A DNA stretch of 64,000 nucleotides from Macrostomum lignano (lineage: Eukaryota): assembly GCA_002269645.1 (NCBI GenBank), contig NIVC01003655.1, positions 21,181 to 85,180 of the forward strand. The letters are read 5' to 3'. A program made the position numbers and the translations under genes. Every line of letters starts with the position of its first letter. Positions within the stretch are counted from its first letter, which is position 1. Below the pieces are notes generated by a model. It was not told the origin of the DNA. It saw only the letters and a list, made by a program, of their open reading frames with translations, and made no database searches. This document shows positions 47,018 to 59,717 of this stretch, piece by piece.

Positions 47018-50000
47018 TTAGGCGAAGCGAACCTCATAGAATCGGTACTTGTCGTAGAAAGCTGGCACGTAGCTGTCGTAGACACGGAACCGCAGGCCGA
47101 GCTTGCGGCAGTCGTCCTCGAAGCAGCTCCAGAAGTGGGTGTAGGACAGCGAGCCGCCGCGCAGGATGTAGCAGCCGTCGGGCTTCAGGGCTTTCAGTGC
47201 GATCTCCATCATCTGGAAGTGAGGATATTAACGGGGTTTTTGCAGACTTGCAGACTTAACTCTGCATTGCTTCAGTTCACTCAGCTGTGTAAAATGGGTG
47301 CCAGCATTAGCTGGGGTAATTGAGGGTGTGTTTGGCGACCCCTCAGTCCTTGGACTGAACAGCCGTACGCAGCCTTCAGATGCGCCGCGCAATAGCTGCG
47401 GCTGAGCTGTCGGTTGCACATCTGGCCCAAATAAGGCAGGGGCAATCAATAGTTATTTTTTTACCACACAGGAACCGTACACCATAGAAACTATTGGGAG
47501 ATAAATAAAGTCCGGATGGCGGACCAAACTGGCCCAGGAGGGGCCTGCATGGAATGTTCACTGGTCCCCTTCTTGAGTTGCTCATTGTTCAAGACTTTAA
47601 TATTCTTCACCAAAATCACGGACCTGTGCCGGCGGACTGCTGTCTATGGCCAAAAAGTGAATGCCCGGGGGCACCTTATCCTGTGTCAAATTCTTAGGTT
47701 TTTAATGTACTTCTTTTCTTTAACTATCGATTCAAACCGCCCTCCCCAAGGCTTCAAGTCGGTCACCCGATCGTGAACTATGTTATCGCATTAATTTTTA
47801 TCGCCCCACTTTCTAGTTTAGCAGGACAGTCAAATTCTGTTAAATTAGTGACGTCTGTGCTTGCAGTGCGTCTACATGCATAGGTGAACATATATAAGTT
47901 TAATAGATAAAATACACTAATAGATTTAGTGTCAACTTTCATTTTCGAACCTTGACACGTTGTTATGTCGTGCCAACTTGTTGCGCGAGTTTTTCTTATC
48001 GGCAGTTTTTCACATCCAGTTGTTACAGTGTTGAGCTTTCTAAACTGGGTCAAAGATTTCTTGTAACATTATCTAACTACTCGTCTAGCTTCCTTACTTC
48101 TTCTGTTGACTCCATTCCATTCAAAATGGGCAGCTCTTGAGCCCTTTAATAGCAGCGATGCTAAAACCCCCGCGGAGTCACCTGACAATTATCCGTGGCA
48201 AAGTCGTAGTTCCATCCGCGCTCCTCCTTGTTAACCATGAACTCAGTCAGGTCGTTAATAATGTAGTCGTACTTCTTGCCGGATTGAATGCACTCGTGCA
48301 GGTGGTCCAGGCAGTCTCCAATGATTATCTGAAATTTATTGAATATGTAAACCTAAAGACTAACGACAAAAGCTAGGGGTGCATATGGAGATGGATAAGT
48401 GAGAGACAGGAGAGAAGACAGGTGAGAAGAGACAGGTGAGGAGAGATAGGTGAGCAGAGATAGGTGAGGAGAGACAGGTGATGAGAGACAGATGAAGAGA
48501 GACAGGTAAGGAGATACAGGTGACGAGAGACAGGTGAGGAGAGACAGATGAGGAGAGACAGGTAAGGAGAGACAGGTGAGGAGAGATACGTGAGAAGAGA
48601 CACGTGAGAAGAGACAGATGAGAGAGGAGAGACACGTGAGGAGAGACAGGTGAGAAGAGACAGGTGAAGAGAGACAGGTAAGGAGAGACAGGTGAGGAGA
48701 GACAGGTAAGGAGAGACATGTGATTAGAGACAGATGAAGAGAGACAGGTAATGAGAGACAGGTGAGGAGGGACAGGTGAGGAGAGACAGGTGAGGAGGGA
48801 CAGGTGAGGAGAGACAGGTGAGGAGAGACACGTGAGAAGAGACAGATGAGAGAGACGAGACAGGTGAGGAGAGACAGGTGAGGAGAGACACGTGAGGAGA
48901 GACACGTGAGGAGAGACACGTGAGGAGAGACAGGTGAGGAGAGACAGGTGAGGAGAGACAGGTGAGGAGAGACACGTGAGGAGAGACAGGTGAGGAGAGA
49001 CAGGTGAGAAGAGACAGGTGAGAGACAGGTGAGGAGAAACAGGTGCGGAGAGACAGGTGAGAAAGGACACAACAGAAACGGACTCAATGCAGTCCTCACC
49101 TTCTTGTTGGGCCCCTCCAGGGTGTCCAGCGCATCCTCACAGGCGCCCCGCATGTACTTGGCGCAGAGCTGCACCACTGTGCTGTCAATCTCCACCATGG
49201 TGACCATGCGAGGCTGCTGTTTCAGCAGCTCACAGATGACACCGCCGTCGCCGCCACCGAGAATGAGGATCTCCTTGTCGGCGTAGCAGTTCCTAGCGGG
49301 CTTGCCAGTCTCCAAGCCCAGCAGAACCCGGGTGTAGGGCTCCTGATCCTTCTCGGCCAGCATTATGTCGTCGTCCAGGAACATGGCATGACCGTGCACC
49401 TCGCTCCAGTAGATCTTCACATTCTGATACTTGGTCTGCCTGTCCTCCACTAGGCGGCCGAGGTTGAACTCTACTATCCGGCCGTCAGACATGGGAAAGT
49501 AGCGCCACAGGGCCTCGCCGCGGCGGATCGGACCAAGCATGCTGTGGGTGACAGTGCTCAGAGATAGCTGACTGACTGACTGACTGACTGACTGACTGAC
49601 TGACTGACTGACTGACTGACTGACTGACTGACTGACTAACTAACTAACTAACTAACTAACTAACCAACCGAGAGTGAACTCACCAGTACAATCGGTCCAG
49701 AGAACCAATGTCCGTCAGGAATTTCTTAATCAGCTCTTCGAGATGTCGAATGAGCTGGAAAGAGAAAGTTTTGTAATGTAAAACTTAAAAAAATACGCCC
49801 GTTCAACTAGAAAACTTCCACTCCAAGCGGGAGGCTCACCACAAGATCAATCTTGACTCGGCTCCGCATCACCAGGATGTCAAATACGTACAGATTCTGG
49901 CTCTCGTAGCGGCGAATATTGAGCACCCTGGAAAGGAAAAATAACAAGTCACGTAAAGTACATGTTTCAGTATTTGTACACCAACGCAAAAATTAGCCTT

Positions 50001-50266
50001 ACTTGTTGGCACCGTTTGTGAACACATCCAGTTGCAGGTCGTCGCCAGCAGGGCCAGACAGAGCACTTTTCACCTGAGAGCTGTCCGACTCCATTGCGAT
50101 GGCAGCCAGGTTGAGAAGCTCCGAGTCTGCAAAGACGCAATAACAATAGAAACTGCAATCATTTGAAGCATACAAATGTGCTACTAAAATAATAATTTTT
50201 GTCGGAGTTCTCACCGGACAGAAGCTTCTTCGCGTAAAAGTGGAAGACAATGGTCTCTTCAGTCAT
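47018..50266 (-). CDS. SMS: Spermine synthase-like aminopropyltransferase, 7 exons
   Basis: Phase-consistent exons (minus): 50215-50266, 50003-50126, 49840-49927, 49684-49754, 49100-49541 (GPIRRGEALWRYFPMSDGRIVEF; TKYQNVKI; ILILGGGDGG; VTMVEID), 48182-48328 (IIIGDC...YDYIINDLT) and 47018-47212 (LKALKPDG...YVPAF). The N-terminal extension and IRRG..RY.P..DGR..E motif are typical of spermine rather than spermidine synthase. Confidence 0.88.
48400..49070. repeat. ~16-bp minisatellite in an SMS intron
   Basis: GAGAGACAGGTGAGGA units (CTCCTCACCTGTCTCT on the sense strand). Confidence 0.9.
49565..49665. repeat. (GACT)n/(AACT)n microsatellite in an SMS intron
   Basis: Direct inspection. Confidence 0.9.
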
Positions 50267-51289
50267 TGCTCGTTGTTTGCTTTTTGCCTGAAAAATGTCA
50301 TATATAATAAAATTTAATATTTTAATTAGATTTTTAATAATGCCTTAGTGTTTGTTTGATTTGCAATAAATTATTTTTTGCCAGTTTTAATAGTTCCTAC
50401 TAAATTGTTATTTTCGAGTTTTTTTAACTGTTAGCTACCCAAAGTATTTGGTAAGTTTTTGACTGCATTCAATAAATTTAAACGTCCGCTAAAAGTTTGA
50501 TTTAAAAAAAAAGGTAACAAAACAAGACAGTGGTTTCAAGAATATCTAGGTAAGTAAATAAAATGAAAAGGTATTACCTGCGTCTCTGAAAATAAAAATA
50601 AAACAGTTGAAACATCGAATATCTGACCAGACCGAATAAGCACGAAAACTAACGAATATTTAAAATAAATATCCTATTTTGTGAGTGTAGATAAACAAAA
50701 GTTCTTAGTGAATCGGATAAATATTTTTAAGCAAACGACGTAATTGCAATAAATTTTTTTGATAAAAATGAAATTAATGTTTCTAGATGGATGTTCTATA
50801 GATTTATATAAAGCCAATTTGATAAAAATTAAATACGTAGGTGCATGCTGTGGGATCAAATAAATTTACTTGAAAATCTCTGCATATTTGATACAAAAAG
50901 AGCATGTTTCATCCTATAAAAATATAATGTTCAACAATAGCTAGCTACTAAATTAGAGTCTTAGATAGAGCGGAAATAATATCTTGAAAATGCTTCCCGT
51001 GTTTGTCTTTTACGCTCGCATTTTTAACTTTCCCATTAATACTCGTATAATGAAACTTATGAACCGAAAATATTCTTCAATAAACTCACCTTTTTGTGAA
51101 TCTGTACAAATTTTTTCTCATTTCTAATTAAAAGTGTATTCACATGCAGGTAGATTAAGGAGAAAGGGCTGCAGGGGATGGAGTATGAGAGGAAGAATGG
51201 GAGGGAGAGTGAAACGGAGAGTGTGAGGAAGAGAGAAGGAGAGAGTGGGGACGGTTATGAGGGAGTGTGAGGGAGAGTGAGAGAGAGTG

Positions 51290-51845
51290 GGGGAGATTTT
51301 GAGGGAGATTGTAAAGGATAATTGTGAGGGAGAGTGAGAGAGAGTGGGGGAGATTTTGAGGGAGATTGTGAAGGATAATTGTGAGGGAGAGTAAAGGAGT
51401 GAGGGAGAGTGTGAGAGAAATTGCAAGGGAGAGTGTGAGGGAGAGTGTGAGGGAGAGTGTGAGGGAGAGTGTGAGGGAGAGTGTGAGGGAGAGTGTGAGG
51501 GAGAGTGTGAGGGAGAGTGTGAGGGAGAGTGTGAGGGAGAGTGTGAGGGAGCTTGTGAGGGAGATTGTGAGGGAGCTTGTGAGGGAGATTGTGAGGGAGC
51601 TTGTGAGGGAGATTGTGAGGGAGATTGTGAGGGAGAGTGTGAGGGAGAGTGTGAGGGAGAGTGTGAGGGAGAGTGTGAGGGAGAGTGTGAGGGAGAGTGT
51701 GAGGGAGAGTGTGAGGGAGATTGTGAGGGAGAGTGTGAGGGAGATTGTGAGGGAGATTGTGAGGGAGAGTGTAAGGGAGCTTGTGAGGGAGATTGTGAGG
51801 GAGATTGTGAGGGAGAGTGTGAAGGAGATTGTGAGGGAGAGTGTG
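51290..51845. repeat. 12-bp minisatellite between the divergent SMS and P2X genes
   Basis: GTGAGGGAGAGT units. Confidence 0.9.
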
Positions 51846-52560
51846 AGCAAGAGTAGGAAGGCAGCAATGATGCAGCGAACAGGGTCACTCAGCGCCAGCA
51901 GTTGGAGAACGCAGCGGAATTCCCAGCGGACATCATCAGTGAGCCCCCCTTCGTCCGATGTGTTTATGTTGCATTAAAAAGGCAGGCGCAAACACAGCGC
52001 AAGTAGGCAACGGGGATGAGGGGAGTGGCAGCAGAGCCAAGATGCACTTCGGAATCAATTTAGCCTGATTAAACAGCGCATTTGCATGGAGCAGGACGAA
52101 TGAGCGATGAGATTGGGAGACCTTCCACTAGGCCGGCCTGTCACAGTTGGCTCAGCCTAGTCGACTCAGCCGTGTGGGTTTTATGCCAATGTTTGAATCT
52201 CTTTAACTCGGATTCTGACGGCTTTTTTGTAGCGCCGGATTAGTCTCAGCCGAGGTTGATGGATTATAGACATCAGCGGGATAATTCCTGGTGAAAGTTG
52301 TCTGATTGCCGCTGCATGTGGCTATTTGCTGGAGCAGGTTTTGCCTGAGCATTAGTATTGGGTTGAGGAATGCAGCACAGACTTGTTATTTAGCACTCAC
52401 TCACTCACTCACTCATTCATTCACTCACTCACTCACTCACTGACTCACTCACTCACTCATTCACTCACTCACTCACTCGCTCGCTCGCTCACTCACTCAC
52501 TCTCTACAAGTTAACTACAACACTCCATCAGAAAGCAGTAAGAAACTCTTACCTCCCAAA

Positions 52561-52597
52561 AATCTGATTGGCTCTCGGCAGCTCAACCAATCAGATT
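52561..52597. promoter_or_regulatory. Inverted pair of CCAAT/Y-box motifs upstream of the P2X gene
   Basis: AATCTGATTGG...CCAATCAGATT, an 11-bp inverted repeat ~130 bp before the inferred ATG. Function inferred from motif only. Confidence 0.3.
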
Positions 52598-52723
52598 GCA
52601 GCCGTATAACTCAGTTAAGTATGTTGAACGGAATCGACACTGGTGAACAAGAAAGAGGAGAAAGAAACAGAGGGAATTCTGCAGCCTACCCACTCGATTC
52701 AGGACCCGAATTGCCGAAGCTGC

Positions 52724-54770
52724 ATGACGCCGATCGACTCCTCGGAGGTGGACCAATCGCCACCGACGCCGCCGCCGTCGCAGCCACCGCCGCTGGCCAA
52801 ACGTTTACTTGGCGGCTTCTTCGAGTACAAACTGCAGAAGGTGGTGGTGGTGCGCAGCGTCCGCTACGGCCTGTTCTACCGCGGCGTGCAGCTGTCGGTC
52901 ATCGTGTACTTTCTATTCTACATCATCTGGCACAAGAAGGGCTACCAGGCCAAGGAGCCGCCGTTCGGCGGGTGGTGTTCAAGGTCAAGGGCTTGGACTT
53001 TGTCAACCGGACAGACGCGGACCCCGCCTACGGAGCGCGCGTCTGGGACGCCGCGGACGTCATCACGCCGCCGGTGATGAACGGGGCGGTGTTCATCACC
53101 ACGAGCGCCGCGGTGGCCGGGCGCCAGGCCATGACAGTCTGTCCGGAGGGCAGCGGCGGCGGCGGCCGTAACTGCAGCCGACACTCGGACTGTCCGGCCG
53201 GGAGCCTCGGGTCGCGAGGACGTCGGACAGGAGAGTGCGACCCGGCCACCGGCAGCTGTCTGAGCTACGGCTGGTGTCCGAGTCCGGACTGGACGGACGG
53301 CGCGGTGGCGGCCGGCGCAGCCGGGTACACCCTGACCAGGGTCGGCCAGTTCACCATTCAAGTGAAAAACAGCGTCGATTTCCGTCAGCTGGGCCGGCGC
53401 CGGCGCAACATCCTGGAGTGGATGACGGCGGACTACCTGGCCAGCTGCAGGTACACGCCCGGCCACGCCAACCTGAGCTACTGTCCGGTGTTCCGCCTGG
53501 CCGACATCCTCACCTTGGCCGGCTGCGACCATGACGACGTGCTCCGGTCGGGCGGCGCCTTTGCCATCGACATCAGCTGGCGGTGCAACTTCGACCTGGC
53601 CGAGGAGCTGTGCCAGCCGGAGTACCGATTCCGCGAGGTGGCCGAAGGCGACGGCTACGTGGTTGAGTACGCGCACAAGTACCAGGTGAGCGGGGCGGAA
53701 CTGTCATGAACTCACTAATGAACTCACTAATGAACTCACTAATGAACTCACTCATGAACTCACTCATGAACTTACTCATGAACTTACTCATAAACTCACT
53801 CATGAACTCTCTAATGAACTCACTAATGAACTCACTCATGAACTCAGTCATGAACTCAGTCATGAACTCAGTCATGAACTCAGTCATGAACTCAGTCATG
53901 AGGTCACTCATGAAGTCACTCGTGAATTCATGCTGGCGTCATTCACGAACTGACCTCACTCAGCGGCTGCGCTCGCTTATCTGATTAGGGCTTTTAGTGC
54001 GATCGGCTTGAGTGCTCTGCCTGATAGGAGAACAGGCCATTGCCGCTGTACACCCCGGGTGAATGAGTGCTTGAGGTACTTTATGAGTTCGCGAGCCTAT
54101 GAGTTTGTCAGTTCATGAGTTCATAACGTTCAAAATTGGGTTACATACCCGTCTGGCAGATGCTTGCCTACCCCTAATGCCTTGATCTGTGACTCATTAT
54201 CTAAAAATCCTGACACCCCCTGTCCCCCCCCCCCAGGTGGACGGCCAGCCGCGCCGCATGCTGATCCGGGCTCGCGGCGTGAAGATCTCGGTCACAGTGT
54301 CCGGCGAGGGCGGCCAGTTCAGCTTCTACTGCCTGTCGATGAACCTGGGCAGCGGCCTGGCCCTGTTCGGCCTGTCCTCCATGCTGTGCGACGCCGTGCT
54401 GCTCCGCCTGTCTGCCGGCAGCAGCCTGCAGTCCGACCTCAACGCCGCTCGCGTCGACTTCTGCGAGCCGGAGCGTCGGGTGGCTTGGCGCCGCAAGCTC
54501 AGCCGGCGTCTCGCTCGCGCCAAGCGCCGGCGCCGGATTCGGCGCCTACTGTTGCGTCGGTTCTGCTGTGGCCGAGGCGGAGGTCGCGGCGACGGCGCCA
54601 ACAGCGACAGCGACAGCGGCAGCGGCATCGCTCCGACGGTGCCACTGGGCGCGGAACGGCCAGTCCTGCTTCTCATACAGCAGCAGCAGCCGACTGACGC
54701 GGACGACTCCGACCCGGACGAAGCTGCTCAACTCGCGCCTATCGCTCCGGCTGAGACGCCCGGCTTGTAG
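52724..54770 (+). CDS. P2X: P2X receptor-family ion channel, 2 coding exons, with one apparent frameshift at ~52970
   Basis: FFEYKLQKVVVV, TM1 (YRGVQLSVIVYFLFYII), KKGYQ, FKVKG, RVWDAADV, NGAVFITT, 10 ectodomain Cys, QFTIQVKNSVDF, YCPVFRL, GGAFAIDISWRCNFD; exon 1 52724-53685, exon 2 54237-54770 (RRMLIRARGVKI, NLGSGLALFG...LCD TM2). Confidence 0.9.
53705..53920. repeat. 12-bp minisatellite in the P2X intron
   Basis: ATGAACTCACTA / ATGAACTCAGTC units. Confidence 0.88.
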
Positions 54771-56529
54771 CTCAGAAACTGAGAGCTTTGGCTTGCTTGA
54801 CAGAAGAACCCTGCGTACTTTGCAGAATTTCTGCCTAGCTGAATGCGATGTTACTACGTACATAGCATTTAACCGGTAGGCCGGTAGGCTACTGCAGCAG
54901 TCCCGTCACCCCGCCATAGTCCATATTTGCTTGCACTCGGCAGCTGCAAACAGATTTGATGCCGATTTTTCCCAATCCAAAGGCTATACATTAATCCGAT
55001 GGTAATTCGAACTGTCACTCGGATGAAGAGCTCGGATTGCTGCAGCCGAGCAAGAGCTGGCCATGGCCACTCTCCCGTGAGCAGCTGTTCACACATTCTG
55101 TCCCATTATGCCCCTCCCCCGTCCCTTGTGTAGCGATTGCCTCCAGCGACACAGCCCAGACTCAAGGCACAAATAATGTGCTGTTGATAAGATCCGCCGG
55201 CCAGCAGCGGCGTGTCCGCGCTTAGCGAGCGAGCTATAAATAAACCCTACAATTATTCGTATTGCGCTGCCGCATTTTGGGTAGCGCTAAGCGCAGATTT
55301 AATCGCGTCAAACCCCTCTGTCTGGATAGATTAGATTATTATGTAGCAGCAACTTGCTGAACCGACACTCTGCCGCCTGTAGAAGCCAGACGGGAGATAT
55401 CGATTTTGCCAAGTGTAGAGGCGGGATCCCTGGCTTAGCCAAGGACACCTCCAACATAGAATCTGGACTGGAAACCTCCTAATTTCAAAACTTCATACAA
55501 TAACTTCTTGTCACCGTAAACTAAAAATCGATACAGTACTTAAACAACCGAGGGGCAAATGACCTCTTTTGACCTCTAGATGGTTCCCTTATAGCAATAA
55601 TCTCAAATGCCAGGACATTGTTCTTATGCCCCTACTGAACATACAATATGTACATGTACTACAATAGCCCTAATTGTTTAGTTTCCGAAAGTGAGTGTTG
55701 TTTAGAGGAGGCCTTGACTACTCCAGATTCTGTTGTAAAAGGTTCCCCTGGCCCAGCGCCCGATCTCAAAGTCGACCGAGGCGTGCTTGGGGCGGTCGCA
55801 TTGTGCGCGTTGACCAGATGTGGCCGCGCACTGCACACACAGCAGTTGGCGCCAGATCTAGGATTACCCCGATCCCCCTACTGGAATGCGTTGATTTTTG
55901 CACACCAATGCTAGTATTTTTGCTGCTCACTTTAACAATTGAAGTGCAGTAAAAAGATCTCCTGGAGAAAGCTAACGTACAAGAGCTCCTACTCACGCAT
56001 GTCATCTTATCTTCTGAAGTTGCCGGGTTGCGAATGAAGCAATCATGTCTTTTTTGTCCGAATATGATTGAATTTTGACCAGCTAAAGTAAAAACTGCTC
56101 CGTCTCAGAATAGTGTACTTCTATCTACGTAAATTCTCTCGGAACTGTTGATTCTTTGCATCAACCACTGGCAACTCTCAAAGTTGATATTTGAAGCAGT
56201 AAGTCTTTGGCACATTACTGTGACACTCAAGTAACTCAAGCCAGCAGTAACCTTGCTACTTGCTACTCAAGGCTACATTTGCACTCAGGTCGCCCAATAG
56301 ACAGAATAGACGACACTAATCCGAAAATCATTAAACTGCCCGCGCACTTCAAGACAGATCGCTGCTTGACCTCTCAGGAGCCCAGCCGTTCAATAATTCT
56401 TTGAAAATTGACAGCTGACAGACCGCATTGATTGCTGGGCTAGCTCATGGACTGCTCAGGGAATTGATTGGCAACTGTGCAGCCACACAGGTTTTGGCTT
56501 GGTTCCAGGTGGTGAGACTCGCATTTAGA

Positions 56530-58510
56530 GAGCAGGGCTGGGACTCAGAGAGCAGGGCTGAGACTCAGAGAGCAGGGCTGGGACTCAGAGAGCAGGGCTG
56601 GGACTCAGAGAGCAGGGCTGAGACTCAGAGAGCAGGGCTGGGACTCAGAGAGCAGGGCTGGGACTCAGAGCAGGGCTGGGACTCAGAGCAGGGCTGGGAC
56701 TCAGAGAGCAGGATTGGGACTCAGAGAGCAGGGCTGGGACTCAGAGAGCAGGATTGGGACTCAGAGAGCAGGGCTGGGACTCAGAGAGCAGGATTGGGAC
56801 TCAGAGAGCAGGGCTGGGACTCAGAGCAGGGCTGGGACTCAGAGAGCAGGATTGGGACTCAGAGAGCAGGGCTGGGACTCAGAGAGCAGGGCTGGGACTC
56901 AGAGAGCAGGGCTGGGACTCAGAGAGCAGGACTGGGACTCAGAGAGCAGGATTGGGACTCAGAGAGCAGGGCTGGGACTCAGAGCAGGGCTGGGACTCAG
57001 AGAGCAGGATTGGGACTCAGAGAGCAGGATTGGGACTCAGAGAGCAGGGCTGGGACTCAGAGCAGGGCTGGGACTCAGAGAGCAGGATTGGGACTCAGAG
57101 AGCAGGGCTGGGACTCAGAGAGCAGGGCTGGGACTCAGAGAGCAGGATTGGGACTCAGAGAGCAGGATTGGGACTCAGAGAGCAGGGCTGGGACTCAGAG
57201 AGCAGGATTGGGACTCAGAGAGCAGGGCTGGGACTCAGAGAGCAGGACTGGGACTCAGAGAGCAGGGCTGGGACTCAGAGAGCAGGGCTGGGACTCAGAG
57301 AGCAGGATTGGGACTCAGAGAGCAGGACTGGGACTCAAAGAGCAGGACTGGGACTCAGAGAGCAGGGCTGGGACTCAGAGAGCAGGACTGGGACTCAGAG
57401 AGCAGGGCTGGGACTCAGAGAGCAGGATTGGGACTCAGAGAGCAGGGCTGGGACTCAGAGAGCAGGACTGGGACTCAGAGAGCAGGATTGGGACTCAGAG
57501 AGCAGGGCTGGGACTCAGAGAGCAGGATTGGGACTCAGAGAGCAGGACTGGGACTCAGAGAGCAGGACTGGGACTCAGAGAGCAGGGCTGGGACTCAGAG
57601 AGCAGGACTGGGACTCAGAGAGCAGGATTGGGACTCAGAGAGCAGGGCTGGGACTCAGAGAGCAGGATTGGGACTTAGAGAGCAGGGCTAGGACTCAGAG
57701 AACAGGATTGGGACTCAGAGAGCAGGGCTGGGACTCAGAGAGCAGGATTGGGACTCAGAGAGCAGGGCTGGGACTCAGAGAGCAGGATTGGGACTCAGAG
57801 AGCAGGGCTGGGACTCAGAGAGCAGGATTGGGACTCAGAGAGCAGGGCTGGGACTCAGAGAGCAGGGCTGGGACTCAGAGAGCAGGATTGGGACTCAGAG
57901 AGCAGGGCTGGGACTCAGAGAGCAGGACTGGGACTCAGAGAGCAGGATTGGGACTCAGAGAGCAGGGCTGGGACTCAGAGAGCAGGACTGGGACGACTCA
58001 GAGAGCAGGATTGGGACTCAGAGAGCAGGATTGGGACTTAGAGAGCAGGGCTAGGACTCAGAGAACAGGATTGGGACTCAGAGAGCAGGGCTGGGACTCA
58101 GAGAGCAGGATTGGGACTCAGAGAGCAGGGCTGGGACTCAGAGAGCAGGATTGGGACTCAGAGAGCAGGGCTGGGACTCAGAGAGCAGGACTGGGACTCA
58201 GAGAGCAGGATTGGGACTCAGAGAGCAGGGCTGGGACTCAGAGAGCAGGACTGGGACGACTCAGAGAGCAGGATTGGGACTCAGAGAGCAGGATTGGGAC
58301 TTAGAGAGCAGGGCTAGGACTCAGAGAACAGGATTGGGACTCAGAGAGCAGGGCTGGGACTCAGAGAGCAGGATTGGGACTCAGAGAGCAGGGCTGGGAC
58401 TCAGAGAGCAGGATTGGGACTCAGAGAGCAGGATTGGGACTCAGAGAGCAGGATTGGGACTCAGAGAGCTGGATTGGGACTTAGAGAGCAGGGCTAGGAC
58501 TCAGAGAACA
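56530..58510. repeat. 20-bp minisatellite with block duplications
   Basis: GGGACTCAGAGAGCAGGGCT units; variant GGACGACTCAG recurs at ~57992 and ~58255. Confidence 0.93.
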
Positions 58511-58957
58511 GGGCAGGACACATCTTAATCATTCTGTACGCTTAAACTGACAAAAATTTTGGCTGTCAACTTTATTATCACATCAAATCAATCATTTTTG
58601 GCCACTGATTTGCAATGCAATCCGAAGTTTAGCCAGGGAAAAGTCACGAATGAGCCAAGGCCTCAACAGAGCAATCTATCAAAATTACGCATGTCAGCGA
58701 GTTCCGCAGTCAGGTCAGATCTGGCCAGATCAGGTCACTCCCCGACTGATTGGTCGGCACTATGTATAATTGCCTTAGTCATCATTGGGAGTGAAATTAA
58801 TTTAGACACAAATGACAAAAATTCATAATTTTTTTCAATCCAGTGTCAAAGCTCACAGGCTGTCTGTGTGTATTTGTTATTACAACTAGTAAAGTTTGCT
58901 TGACAATCGCGGGCACACGAAACAGGCAAATAGAAATGTTCAGCATGGCCGGACAGC

Positions 58958-59296
58958 TCAGTTCTCCGCCGCGTCAGCCTCGGTGTACTTGCCCTTCTCG
59001 GCGCCGCGCAGTCTGCCGCGGGCCTTCCGGTCCAGCAGGTCCTTGCGGTTGCGGTCCAGCTTCAGCTTGGTGATGGCCACCTGGCAGCGGGAGGGGGGGG
59101 CAGACGGCTGACTGACTGACTGTCTGTCTGTATCTATCTGTCCGTCTGTCTGCCTGTCGTTGTCTATCTGTCTCTCTGTGTATCTGTCTGTCTTAGTGTC
59201 TGTCTGTCTCTCTGTCTGTCTGTCTGTCTTAGTGTCTGTCTGTCTCTCTGTCTGTCTGTCTTTCTCTCTGTATGTGTGTCTGTATGTGTGTCTGTC

Positions 59297-59335
<39 letters not shown>

Positions 59336-59402
59336 TAGTGTCTGTCTGTCTCTCTGTCTGTCTGTCTTTCTCTCTGTATGTGTGTCTGTATGTGTGTCTG
59401 TC

Positions 59403-59449
<47 letters not shown>

Positions 59450-59502
59450 GCCTGTCGTTGTCTATCTGTCTGCCTGTCTGTGTATCTGTCTTAGTGTCTT
59501 AG

Positions 59503-59566
<64 letters not shown>

Positions 59567-59634
59567 GTTGTCTATCTGTCTGTATCTATCTTTCCGTCTG
59601 TCTGCCTGTCGTTTTCTATCTGTCTGTCTGTCTC

Positions 59635-59717
<83 letters not shown>

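Noticed and set aside
58715-58785. C/D-box snoRNA-like ATGATGA...CTGA on the minus strand downstream of RPL26
   Set aside because: Not intronic, the terminal stem is weak, and I could not recognise an rRNA or snRNA-complementary guide.
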